A stretch of DNA of 64,000 bases from Ruminococcus sp. Zagget11 (GTDB lineage Bacteria; Bacillota; Clostridia; Oscillospirales; Ruminococcaceae): positions 497 through 64,496 of the forward strand of contig MSHL01000049.1 in NCBI GenBank assembly GCA_001941135.1, in the 5' to 3' direction. How positions within the stretch are numbered: position 1 is the stretch's first letter; every line of letters starts with the position of its first letter. Position numbers and translations under genes: made by a program. The notes under the pieces were generated by a model. It was not told where the DNA came from. It did not search any database and worked only from the letters and a program-made list of their open reading frames with translations. This document shows positions 1 to 9,737 of this stretch, piece after piece.

Positions 1-1
1 T

Positions 2-283
2 GCGGCAGTTGTCGGCACAGGCAGAAGTGATTTTCCCAATCAGATAAACAATGTCCTTGCGTTCCCCGGAATTTTCAGAGGCGCTTTGGACGTTCGGGCA
101 AGTGAAATTAACGATGATATGAAAATTGCGGCAGCAAGGGCAATAGCAGGGTTTGTTACAGACGATAAGCTCTGTGCCGAGTATATCATACCAAGCGCCC
201 TCGACAGAAATGTGGCGGCAGTTGTCGCCAAAGCTGTTTCTCAAGCGGCTATAGCAAGCGGAGCCGCACGAAGCACCATATAA
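2..283 (+). CDS. NAD(P)-dependent malic enzyme, C-terminal part (5' end outside window)
   Basis: Frame from base 2 reads [33 protein letters not shown], the malic enzyme signature. Confidence 0.93.
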   Translation, partial: AAVVGTGRSDFPNQINNVLAFPGIFRGALDVRASEINDDMKIAAARAIAGFVTDDKLCAEYIIPSALDRNVAAVVAKAVSQAAIASGAARSTI

Positions 284-378
284 TTCACCGCTTTTTTTAC
301 AGGACATGATTTATTATACAATACAGAGGAAATGCACCGAAAACGTATCTCTAAAAAAATAACAGGAGGATTAAAGCT

Positions 379-3019
379 ATGGCAGAAAACGAAAAGGCAA
401 AAACCAATTTCAATGAAAATGAAATTGATCCCCAAGAAATGGTGAACCGATTGGTTGCAAATGCAAAGACCGCTTTGGAGGAGTATAAAAAGCTCAACCA
501 GGAGCAGATCGACAAAATTACCGAGGCAATGGCACTTGCGGGACTTTCGGCGCAGATGGAGCTTGCAAAGATGGCTGTTGACGAAACGAAAAGAGGTATT
601 TTTGAGGATAAGGTAACCAAGAATATTTTCTCCACCGAGTATATATGGCACTCTATAAAGCACGAAAAGACGGTGGGAATTATTGAGGATAATGTGGACG
701 AGGGCTATCTTGAAATAGGCGAGCCTGTGGGAATAGTTGCGGGCGTAACACCTGTAACCAATCCCACATCAACCACGCTGTTCAAGTCAATTATCTGCGC
801 AAAAACCAGAAACCCCATAATCTTCGGCTTTCACCCCAATGCACAGAAATGCTCCGTCCGTGCCGCTGAAATTGTGAGATGCGGCCATTGCGGCAGGTGC
901 GCCCGAATACTGTGTGCAGTGGATAGATCATCCCTCAATAGATGCCACAGGCTGTCTTATGAATCACCCTGACGTTGCGACTATCCTTGCCACAGGCGGC
1001 CCGGGAATGGTTAAAGCCGCATATTCGGCAGGAAAGCCTGCCTTAGGCGTAGGTCCGGGAAATACTCCCTGCTATGTGGAAAAAGCCGCAAAGCTGAAGC
1101 AGGCTATTAACGACCTTATCCTGTCAAAGTCCTTTGATAACGGCATGATATGCGCCTCCGAGCAGGCGGCTATAATCGACAGCGAAATCTATGACGATGC
1201 CGTTGCCATAACGAAGGAGCAGGGCTGTTACTTCGCGAAGCCCGAGGACGTTCAGAAAATTCAGGACGTTGTAATTAACGTTGAAAAGATGTCCGTACAG
1301 CCTTGGGTAGTCGGTCAATACCCTTGGCAGATTGCCGAAAAGGCAGGTATATCCATACCACATTCTGTAAAGGTATTGTGCGTTGAAATCGGCGGAACAA
1401 ACGCTGACAAATACCCCTTGGCTCTTGAAAAGCTCTCCCCTGTCCTTGCGGTTGTAAAGGCTGATTCCACCGAACAGGCATTTGAAATGTGCGAGGAAAT
1501 GCTGAAGCACGGAGCGGGACATACTGCCGTTATCCACTCCGCCGACAACAGCCTTATAGAAAAATACGGTGAAACCATGCAGGCAAGCCGAATTGTAGTA
1601 AATTCTCCCGCATCCTTCGGTGCTATCGGTGATGTGTACAACTCCATGTCGCCGTCCCTCACACTGGGCTGCGGTTCATACGGTAAAAACTCTGTATCGG
1701 AGAATGTAACCGCCAAAAACCTTATCAACAGGAAAAAGGTCGCAAAGAGGAGGCTGAATATGCAGTGGTTCAAGGTTCCCGAAAAAATCTATTTTGAGCC
1801 GGGCTCGGTTCAGTACCTTGCAAAGATGCCGGATATCCACAGGGCAATGATTGTTGCTGACCCCGGTATGATACAGTTTGGATACGTCAATCGTGTCACC
1901 TATCAGCTTGGAAAGAATGCCAATACCCCTGTTGTGGAAATATTCAGCGATGTTGAACCCGACCCCGACCTGACAACCGTCAAAAAGGGTGTCGCTATCA
2001 TGAATTCCTTTAATCCCGATGTTATAATTGCACTGGGAGGCGGATCGGCAATGGACGCGGCAAAGGCTATGTGGCTTTTCTATGAAAATCCCGATGCTGA
2101 CTTCATCGGTATGGCGCAGAAGTTTATGGATATTCGCAAGAGGGTATATAAATTCCCCAAAATGGGCAAGAAAGCTAAAATGGTATCCATACCTACGACC
2201 TCGGGAACAGGTTCTGAGGTAACCTCCTTTGCCGTTATATCCGATAAGAGCAAGAACATGAAATATCCCCTTGCCGACTATGAGCTTACCCCCGATGTGG
2301 CTATTATAGATCCCGAATTTGTGTACACCGTTCCTAAGGCTTCAACGGCATTTACGGGACTTGATGTGCTGACCCACGCAATTGAGGCTTACGTTTCTGT
2401 TCTTGCCAACGACTACACCGATGCTCTCGCACTTCATGCAATAAAGCTGGTATTCACCTATCTTCCAAGCTCCTACAAAAATGCCGATGAGCTTTCAAGG
2501 GAAAAGATGCATAACGCTTCCTGCATTGCGGGAATGGCTTTTACAAATGCATTTCTGGGGGTAAACCACTCCCTTGCCCACAAGCTTGGCGGTGAGTTCC
2601 ATATTCCTCACGGTCTGGCAAACGCTTATCTGCTGCCCCATACCATTGAATACAACGGTGAGCCTACACCCACAAAATTCGCCGCATGGCCAAAATATGA
2701 CCATTATATTGCCCCCGAAAGGTATGCGGAAATAGCTAAGATGATGGGCTTTGTTGCACAGGATGCACCCGCTGCGGATGGTGTAAAGGCATTGGCGGAC
2801 GCTGTAAGAAAGCTCATGACCGAGCTTGATGTACCTCTTACCATTAAGGAGGCAGGCGAAAGGGACAAGCGCTCCTATATTGACCCGAATGTATATGAAA
2901 GCTCCCTTGAGGATTTGGCTTACAAGGCGTTCAACGACCAGTGTACCACAGCCAATCCACGTCTTCCGAAGATTGAAGAGCTTAAACATCTTTATATGCT
3001 TGCTTATTACGGTAAATAA
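379..3019 (+). pseudogene. adhE: Bifunctional acetaldehyde-CoA/alcohol dehydrogenase, frameshifted near 877-880 (may be a sequence error)
   Basis: ORF 379-972 (GVTPVTNPTST) and ORF 914-3019 (SFDNGMICASEQ, GGGSAMDAAK, HSLAHKLG) join into one AdhE if GA is restored at gtgaga^tgcggcc. Confidence 0.93.
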
Positions 3020-3029
3020 AATAATTACT

Positions 3030-3070
3030 TCGGTCGGTTTTCTCTGTGCGGGAAAGCCGACCGCTTTTTG
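3030..3070 (+). terminator. Rho-independent terminator after adhE
   Basis: cggtcggttttc...gaaagccgaccg followed by ctttttg. Confidence 0.8.
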
Positions 3071-3083
3071 CTTAAACCAATGC

Positions 3084-3112
3084 TTGACTAAATGATAAAT
3101 TTATATTATAAT
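3084..3112 (+). promoter_or_regulatory. SigA-type promoter
   Basis: TTGACT-17 bp-TATAAT upstream of the aldo/keto reductase. Confidence 0.7.
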
Positions 3113-3150
3113 ATTCTCAAATAACTAATCTTGAAAGGGATGACACTTTT

Positions 3151-4263
3151 ATGAAAAAGCTTGGCTTCGGACTTATGAGGCTGCCTCTGAACAGCTCCGA
3201 CCACACCGATATTGACATGAATAAGACCACAGAAATGATCGATGCTTTTATAGCGGCGGGCGGTACATACTTTGATACGGCATACCCCTATCATGGAGGA
3301 AAGAGTGAAATTGCTTTCCGTGAAGCAGTGGTAAAGAGATATCCTCGTGAAAGCTTTACCGTTACCGATAAGCTGCCTATTTTCAGCATAAGCCGCAAGG
3401 AGCAGATGGAGGAAATTTTCAGCGAACAGCTGGAACGCTGCGGTGTGGATTTTTTTGACTACTACTGGGTTCATTCGCTTGGTACGGAAAACTATAAGAC
3501 TGCCGAGAGGATTGATGCCTTTGGCTTTATTTCCCGTAAAAAAGCCGAGGGAAAAATAAAGCACATAGGATTTTCCTTTCACGACAGCCCCGATGTGCTT
3601 GAACAGATTTTAAACGATCACCCCGAAACGGAATATGTACAGCTGCAAATCAACTACCTTGATTGGGAGGACAAGGGCGTACAGGCAAGACGCTGCTATG
3701 AGGTTGCTATCGCACATAAGACACCGATTATTATTATGGAGCCTATAAAGGGCGGCGCATTGGCATCTGTCCCCGAAAAAGCCGAGGCAATACTGAAAGA
3801 AGCGGAGCCTGATATGTCAACTGCATCCTGGGCAATGCGCTTTGCCGCAAGTCTTGAGGGCGTTCTCACTGTGCTTTCCGGTATGAGTACCATTGAGCAG
3901 GTCAAGGACAACGTAAGTTACATGATGGAGCTTAAGCCCCTTACCGAAAGGGAAAACGAAGCGGTTATGAAATGTGCGGAGATTATCCGTTCAAACATAG
4001 CTATCCCCTGCACCGCCTGTCGCTACTGCACCGATGAATGTCCCAAGGATATTCCTATACCCGATTATTTTACCGTATATAACGATAAAGAAAGATATGC
4101 TATTCAGCATTGGGAAGCTGAAAACAAGTACAAGAAGATTTCGGACGGTCACGGTAAGGCATCCGAATGTATATCCTGCGGGAAATGCGAAAATCATTGT
4201 CCCCAGCATCTGCCCGTAAGGGATTATTTGAAGAAGATAGCCGCACAGCTGGAACGCAGATAA
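3151..4263 (+). CDS. Aldo/keto reductase with C-terminal 4Fe-4S dicluster domain
   Basis: LGFGLMRLP, YFDTAYPYH, CTACRYC..CP and CISCGKCENHCP motifs. Confidence 0.9.
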   Translation: MKKLGFGLMRLPLNSSDHTDIDMNKTTEMIDAFIAAGGTYFDTAYPYHGGKSEIAFREAVVKRYPRESFTVTDKLPIFSISRKEQMEEIFSEQLERCGVDFFDYYWVHSLGTENYKTAERIDAFGFISRKKAEGKIKHIGFSFHDSPDVLEQILNDHPETEYVQLQINYLDWEDKGVQARRCYEVAIAHKTPIIIMEPIKGGALASVPEKAEAILKEAEPDMSTASWAMRFAASLEGVLTVLSGMSTIEQVKDNVSYMMELKPLTERENEAVMKCAEIIRSNIAIPCTACRYCTDECPKDIPIPDYFTVYNDKERYAIQHWEAENKYKKISDGHGKASECISCGKCENHCPQHLPVRDYLKKIAAQLERR

Positions 4264-4270
4264 GAAAAAC

Positions 4271-4347
4271 ACCGAACAGGGTTTGAAAATCCTGTTCGGT
4301 TTATATTATGCAAAAACAAAACGGTACAGCACACAAGCCGTACCGTT
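4271..4347. terminator. Two hairpins between the convergent AKR and tRNA genes
   Basis: accgaacagg..cctgttcggt (4271-4300) and aacggtacagc..gccgtaccgtt (4320-4347). Confidence 0.7.
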
Positions 4348-4350
4348 AAA

Positions 4351-4425
4351 TGGTTGGGGAGCAGGGATTCGAACCCCGGAATGCTTGAGTCAGAGTCAAG
4401 TGCCTTACCGCTTGGCGACACCCCA
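4351..4425 (-). tRNA. tRNA-Gln (CTG)
   Basis: Minus strand TGGGGTGTCGCCAAGCGGTAAGGCACTTGACTCTGACTCAAG...GGTTCGAATCC...CCA forms a cloverleaf with encoded CCA. Confidence 0.95.
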
Positions 4426-4431
4426 AAATAT

Positions 4432-4507
4432 TGGTTGGGATAGGTGGATTCGAACCACCGAAATGACGGAGTCAAAGTCCGTTGCCTTACCGCTTGGCTA
4501 TACCCCA
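4432..4507 (-). tRNA. tRNA-Gln (TTG)
   Basis: Minus strand TGGGGTATAGCCAAGCGGTAAGGCAACGGACTTTGACTCCGT...GGTTCGAATCC...CCA. Confidence 0.96.
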
Positions 4508-4549
4508 ATGCAGAATCAGAAAAGTGGTAACGTCTCTGACGACTATTAT

Positions 4550-4578
4550 ATGATACCACAAATGAAAAGAAAATGCAA
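4550..4578 (-). promoter_or_regulatory. SigA-type promoter for the tRNA-Gln pair
   Basis: TTGCAT-17 bp-TATCAT with TG extension on the minus strand. Confidence 0.6.
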
Positions 4579-4639
4579 TATCCAAAAGCAATTTTCGTAT
4601 ATTTGCACAATAAAATAAGCTTTCGTTTGTACAAATATA

Positions 4640-5242
4640 CTATAGCTCATTGCGATTTTCCAATGCCTTGTAGAGCGTGACCTCATCTGCAAATTCAAGC
4701 GTACCTCCGATCGGTATGCCGAATGCAAGCCTTGTCACCTTAACGTCCATTGGATGTAAAAGCTTTGCTATATACATAGCTGTGGCATCACCCTCGACAG
4801 TGGGATTGGTCGCCATAATTACTTCACTCACATTGCCCTTGGCAATTCGTGCAAGCAGCTCCTTAATGCGTATCTTATCGGGAGTAATTCCGTCCAAAGG
4901 AGAAATAAGTCCGTGAAGAACGTGATAGACGCCGTTATATTCATTGGTTCTCTCAAAGGCATTTATGTCCTTGGGAGACTCTACAACGCAAATGACAGAG
5001 CTGTCGCGCCTGTCGTCCGAACATATGGGACAAAGGTCATTTTCGGTGAAATTTTGACACACGGAGCAGGTCTTAACCGTATCATGCGCATTTACAACCG
5101 CATCGGCAAACGCATGGGCATCCTCATCGCTCATAGTCATAACATAATAGGCAAGCCTTTGCGCGGTTTTCATTCCGATACCGGGAAGCTTTGCAAACTG
5201 CTCGGCAAGCAGTACAAGGGGAAGTGCCGTGCTGTTAGCCAT
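4640..5242 (-). CDS. recR: Recombination mediator RecR
   Basis: [14 protein letters not shown]4 zinc finger, [25 protein letters not shown]. Confidence 0.97.
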   Translation of the reverse strand: MANSTALPLVLLAEQFAKLPGIGMKTAQRLAYYVMTMSDEDAHAFADAVVNAHDTVKTCSVCQNFTENDLCPICSDDRRDSSVICVVESPKDINAFERTNEYNGVYHVLHGLISPLDGITPDKIRIKELLARIAKGNVSEVIMATNPTVEGDATAMYIAKLLHPMDVKVTRLAFGIPIGGTLEFADEVTLYKALENRNEL

Positions 5243-5312
5243 AATATTACCCTCCTTTGAAAATCTGTGCTTTCCGCAGAAACGGAAAGCACTTCAAATA
5301 ATTCAGGTTTCC

Positions 5313-5660
5313 TTAGAAAAGTCCGGGGAACGATACTCCGCCTGTGATTTCTCCCATTTCGCTCTCGGAGGTCTGCTCAATTTGATTTACGCACTCGTTT
5401 ATAGCGCTGATAATCAAATCCTGGAGCATTTCGACATCGTCCTTATCAACAACCTCAGGCTTTATATTCAGTGACTGAACCTCCTTACGGCCGTTCATGA
5501 CAATTTCTACAGCACCGCCGCCGGCAGTTGCGGTAAAGGTTCTTGTCTCAATATCCTCCTGGAGCTGCGTTATCTCATCACGCATCTTTTGCGCCTGCTT
5601 AACCATGCTCTGCATATTCTGGGCGCCGCCGCCCATACCCTTAGGTAATCTTGCTTTCAT
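5313..5660 (-). CDS. ybaB: YbaB/EbfC nucleoid-associated protein
   Basis: AGGGAVEIVMNG..DDVEMLQDLI; conserved dnaX-ybaB-recR order. Confidence 0.95.
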   Translation of the reverse strand: MKARLPKGMGGGAQNMQSMVKQAQKMRDEITQLQEDIETRTFTATAGGGAVEIVMNGRKEVQSLNIKPEVVDKDDVEMLQDLIISAINECVNQIEQTSESEMGEITGGVSFPGLF

Positions 5661-5704
5661 AGGTAAAATTCTCCTTTTATATAAATTTTATAGATAGCTT
5701 ATTA

Positions 5705-7381
5705 TCAAGTAGCGCTCGTTTCTACGGGAACACCTGCCTCCTCCGCCTTTTTCAGCAGCACATCAAGCGGTGTCTGCGTGGGTGCTGAGCTGTCGGCATC
5801 CACAGATGCGGTTTCAACGTGTGTATCTATAAGCTCCGACAGATTGGGAACGCACTTGGTAAAGACCTTGGTATACTTATTGCCCGACACATTTGAAACG
5901 GTTTCAAGCAGCTTATTCTTGTTGTCCTCTTGGCGCAGAAGCTGTATAAAAAATCTGTTATCGGTTTCCACAAACAGGGACTGATCCGACTCAAATGCTC
6001 TGGAACAGGTAAGAGTGCTTGATATTGAGGGATAAACCCGCGAAAGCTCCTTCACCGCACTGTCCCACCCGGAAAATGCCTTTAGCTTTGAACGATTAAG
6101 TGAGGAGGTGTCGGTAACACGCTCCGCGGAGGTAATAGCACCTCCTGCCGACTGTCTGCTGCGGGTATTTTGCGGCTGATAGCCCTCGGAAATACGCTGT
6201 TCAAGCGCCGCTACTCTGCCCTTTAATATTTCAACCGTTCGCGAATCTCCCCTATCGTTTTCAACGGAGGATTTGTTCACAGAACTGTTATCCGATGTGT
6301 GTATACCGCTGCACATGGCTATAACGCACATTTCAAGGTCAATACGCTTTGAAAGGGAGCGTGACATTCTTTCGGAGCATTTACCCAATGCGTCTATATC
6401 GGCCATTATGTCCGCAAGGGGCATTTTTTCGGCAATTTCCTTTATGGTTTCAAGCTCTGACGGCAGGCAGAATATTACATCCGTCCTATCGGGAGCGGAG
6501 GCTGCGATCATTATGTTTCTGAACTGAGTTATAAGCTCCTCGCAAAGCAGCGTCATATCCTTGGAGCAATCATAAAGACGGGATATAATACCCAGCGCCT
6601 CGGAGGGATTCTTGTCCGCTATAGCCTCGCACAGCTTAAATACATACTCTCTGTCGGCTATTCCCGCCGCCTCGGACACTATCTGCCCGGTAATATTATC
6701 GGAAAAAGCGATACATCGGTCAAGAATGGAAAGGGCATCTCTCATTCCGCCGTCAGCCGCTTTTGCTATAAGCGCCGCGGCATCCGCTTCAAGGGAAATT
6801 CCCTCTTTATCCGCTACCTGCAAAAGACGTTCGGCAATATCCTCCGTGCGAATCCTCCTGAAATCAAACCTTTGACAACGGGAAAGAATTGTCGGGAGAA
6901 CCTTATGAAGCTCGGTAGTCGCCATTATAAATTTAATATGCGGCGGCGGCTCCTCTATAATCTTCAAAAGGGCGTTAAACGCCTCCTTTGAAAGCATATG
7001 AACCTCATCGATTATATAAATCTTGTATTTGCAGCGTTCGGGGGTGTAGATTGTTCCCTCCCGCAGCTCTCTGGCATCGTTTACCGTATTGTTGGATGCA
7101 GCGTCTATTTCTATTATATCGGAAAGTGCAAAATTATCCGCATCACGGCAGATGCTGCACTCATTGCAAGGGTTGCCGTTTACGGGATGCTCGCAGTTTA
7201 TAGCCTTGGCAAATATCCTTGCGCAGGTTGTTTTACCCGTTCCTCTCGAACCTGTAAACAGGTAGGCGTGGGCGGTTTTTCCGCTGATTATCTGATTGGT
7301 AAGCGCAGTTGTAACATGAGGCTGCGAAATAACATCGTCAAAGGTAGACGGACGATATTTCCTGTATAAAGCCTGATACAT
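5705..7381 (-). CDS. dnaX: DNA polymerase III gamma/tau subunit
   Basis: YQALYRKYRP, GSRGTGKTT, EIDAASN, IIDEVHML, SRCQRFDF. Confidence 0.97.
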   Translation of the reverse strand: MYQALYRKYRPSTFDDVISQPHVTTALTNQIISGKTAHAYLFTGSRGTGKTTCARIFAKAINCEHPVNGNPCNECSICRDADNFALSDIIEIDAASNNTVNDARELREGTIYTPERCKYKIYIIDEVHMLSKEAFNALLKIIEEPPPHIKFIMATTELHKVLPTILSRCQRFDFRRIRTEDIAERLLQVADKEGISLEADAAALIAKAADGGMRDALSILDRCIAFSDNITGQIVSEAAGIADREYVFKLCEAIADKNPSEALGIISRLYDCSKDMTLLCEELITQFRNIMIAASAPDRTDVIFCLPSELETIKEIAEKMPLADIMADIDALGKCSERMSRSLSKRIDLEMCVIAMCSGIHTSDNSSVNKSSVENDRGDSRTVEILKGRVAALEQRISEGYQPQNTRSRQSAGGAITSAERVTDTSSLNRSKLKAFSGWDSAVKELSRVYPSISSTLTCSRAFESDQSLFVETDNRFFIQLLRQEDNKNKLLETVSNVSGNKYTKVFTKCVPNLSELIDTHVETASVDADSSAPTQTPLDVLLKKAEEAGVPVETSAT

Positions 7382-7395
7382 CTACTTACCTCCTC

Positions 7396-8310
7396 CTACA
7401 GTGAAATTCTTTCACCGTCAACAGATATAACAGTATTCGGGAAAATATTTTTCAGTGTTTCCTCATAATCCTTAGGACAGGTCATTGCCGGGCTGTAATG
7501 TGTAAGCCAAAGTCTTTTCACATCGGCATCGACAGCAAGGCGGCAGGCATCCTGCATAAGCATATGACGCTTTTTATTCATGCTTTCCTTTTTATCGGTA
7601 TCGCCGTACATACCCTCGCACACAAATAAATCGGAGTTTTTGGCAAAAGCGGAAAGCTCCTCAAAGGGAAGTGTATCGGTGGTATAAGTGATTTTAATAG
7701 GCTCTCTGGGGGCGGAAATAACATCCTGCGGAAGAATTACCCGTCCATCCTCAAGAGTTACAGCTTCGCCGTTATGAAGTCGGCTGCGCATATTTACGGG
7801 AACGCCCAGCCTGTCCGCCGTATTCGGGTCAAACACAGGCTTCCTCTTTAATATAAAGGAATATCCCAAACAGTCTATTCTGTGCCGAAGAGGCATATAA
7901 GAAAATTCGGAATTGGGACAAATCACATTCTCGCCGAATTTTCCGCAATTTTCCGTGTCAAGCTCGTGGAGAAGCACGTCGTAAGGAAGTCCTCCGCAAA
8001 CGGACAAAAGTCCCGCCAGTACCTTTAAACTGCCTTTAGGCACATATATATCCACAGGCTCCGTTCTTGCGGAATTTCCTATAGACAGCAAAAGTCCCGG
8101 AAGTCCCGCGATGTGATCCGCGTGGATATGGGTAATGACTATCATCCTTATGCGGCTGATATGAAGATGAGAACAGGAAAGCGCAATCTGTGCGCCCTCG
8201 CCGCAATCGATAAGCGCCGCATTTCCGTTCACCTCGACGAAAAGTCCTGTAAGCCAGCGGTCCTTTAACGGCATCATTCCCCCGGTACCGATTAGGCAAA
8301 TATCAACCAC
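7396..8310 (-). CDS. rnz: Ribonuclease Z
   Basis: LIGTGGMMP, IDCGEG, THIHADHIAG; GTG start after GGAG (the longer ORF runs through the SRP RNA). Confidence 0.93.
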   Translation of the reverse strand: MVDICLIGTGGMMPLKDRWLTGLFVEVNGNAALIDCGEGAQIALSCSHLHISRIRMIVITHIHADHIAGLPGLLLSIGNSARTEPVDIYVPKGSLKVLAGLLSVCGGLPYDVLLHELDTENCGKFGENVICPNSEFSYMPLRHRIDCLGYSFILKRKPVFDPNTADRLGVPVNMRSRLHNGEAVTLEDGRVILPQDVISAPREPIKITYTTDTLPFEELSAFAKNSDLFVCEGMYGDTDKKESMNKKRHMLMQDACRLAVDADVKRLWLTHYSPAMTCPKDYEETLKNIFPNTVISVDGERISL

Positions 8311-8335
8311 AGTAAATCTCCAATCAAAATAAAAA

Positions 8336-8460
8336 TCCGATACATAGGTGTGCAGGCTTACTGCGGCACACGAAACGTACCGCTTAATGCTGCTCGGTTC
8401 ACCCGCCTGACATGGTTCACGGTGTTTCGTCGCACAGGGCCCGCACACCTATATATCGGA
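8336..8460 (-). ncRNA. ffs: Signal recognition particle RNA (small bacterial type)
   Basis: Long terminal helix enclosing TCAGGCGG-GTGA-ACCGAGCAGCA (helix 8); lies upstream of dnaX. Confidence 0.93.
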
Positions 8461-8482
8461 TCTAATCTACATATCAACAAAC

Positions 8483-8511
8483 ATTATAACACATCAAACT
8501 GAAAAATGCAA
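8483..8511 (-). promoter_or_regulatory. SigA-type promoter of ffs
   Basis: TTGCAT-17 bp-TATAAT with TG extension. Confidence 0.7.
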
Positions 8512-8624
8512 GGGCTTTTATAGTTTTTTAATAATTTTTTTTGAAAAAAATCACTAAAACAAGTAAAAATTAATCAAATCCGCAAGTGTCAATATCAAAT
8601 CGCGGCTTCCTGTGTAAAAAAGTT

Positions 8625-8653
8625 TTGACAATCCTACTATACTGTGCTATAAT
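8625..8653 (+). promoter_or_regulatory. Consensus SigA promoter of thyA
   Basis: TTGACA-17 bp-TATAAT with TG extension. Confidence 0.85.
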
Positions 8654-8692
8654 TTTAATGTATCAGCATTTAAAGAAAGGTTGCGAATAATA

Positions 8693-9523
8693 ATGAGCTG
8701 CGCCGATAAGGTATTCATACAAAACGTAACGGATATTCTTGAGAACGGATACTCCGATGAAAATTGTGACGTTCGTCCCCATTGGGAGGACGGCACTCCC
8801 GCCCATACTATTAAGAAATTCGGCATCGTCAATCGCTATGACCTGTCAAAAGAATTTCCCATAATGACCCTCCGCCGCACTTATTTTAAAAGCTGTGTCA
8901 AAGAGCTTTTATGGATATGGCAGAAAAAATCCTCCAACATAAACGATCTTGACGCCCATATCTGGGACAGCTGGGCTGATGAGGACGGTTCAATCGGTAA
9001 GGCCTACGGCTATCAGCTGGGCATCAAGCACCATTACCCCGAGGGGGATTTTGACCAGGTAGACAGGGTTATATACGATTTAAAGCATAACCCCGCAAGC
9101 AGAAGAATTATTACCAATATTTTCAACCACGCGGATTTACATGAGATGAATTTATACCCCTGCGCTTACTCCATGACCTTCAACGTTTCGGGAAATGTCC
9201 TGAACGCTATACTTAATCAGCGTTCACAGGATATGCTTTCCGCAAACAACTGGAACGTGTGCCAATATGCCGTGCTTGTACATATGCTTGCCCAAGTAAG
9301 CGGACTGCAGGCGGGCGAGCTTGTTCATGTCATTGCTGACGCACATATTTACGACCGTCATGTCCCCATTATCAAAGAGATTATAGAAAGAGAAAGCTAC
9401 CCTGCCCCGAAGCTTGTAATTGATGAGAGCGTTGACGATTTTTATAAATTCACCCCCGACAGCTTTTCTCTCATCGATTATAAATGTAACGAAAACACTG
9501 TCAAATTTGAGGTGGCGGTTTAA
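8693..9523 (+). CDS. thyA: Thymidylate synthase
   Basis: ELLWIW, IWDSW, MNLYPC, NQRSQD, DAHIYDRH. Confidence 0.96.
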   Translation: MSCADKVFIQNVTDILENGYSDENCDVRPHWEDGTPAHTIKKFGIVNRYDLSKEFPIMTLRRTYFKSCVKELLWIWQKKSSNINDLDAHIWDSWADEDGSIGKAYGYQLGIKHHYPEGDFDQVDRVIYDLKHNPASRRIITNIFNHADLHEMNLYPCAYSMTFNVSGNVLNAILNQRSQDMLSANNWNVCQYAVLVHMLAQVSGLQAGELVHVIADAHIYDRHVPIIKEIIERESYPAPKLVIDESVDDFYKFTPDSFSLIDYKCNENTVKFEVAV

Positions 9524-9737
9524 GCAAGCACTGAATAATAACATTTCCGTGCCCTGTCAATGACGGATTATCGAGTGCCCGAAAATGCTGCCTGCGGCAT
9601 TATTCGATATGCCCTTAATTTCGCCATTCTATCACATTATAACCATGGTATATACATAAATATATTATATAATACGTTATGCATTAAAGATAAGAGGTTG
9701 TCTTTTTTGTAAAATTAACAAAATGGAGGTCATATAT

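Noticed and set aside
870-920. Programmed frameshift or natural split in adhE
   Set aside because: There is no slippery heptamer or second RBS; a 2-bp loss in a GA repeat explains it.
4224-4634. ORFs on both strands between the aldo/keto reductase and recR
   Set aside because: They overlap the two tRNA-Gln genes.
8311-8448. N-terminal extension of RNase Z in the ORF track
   Set aside because: It runs through the SRP RNA gene; the real start is the GTG at 8310 with an RBS.
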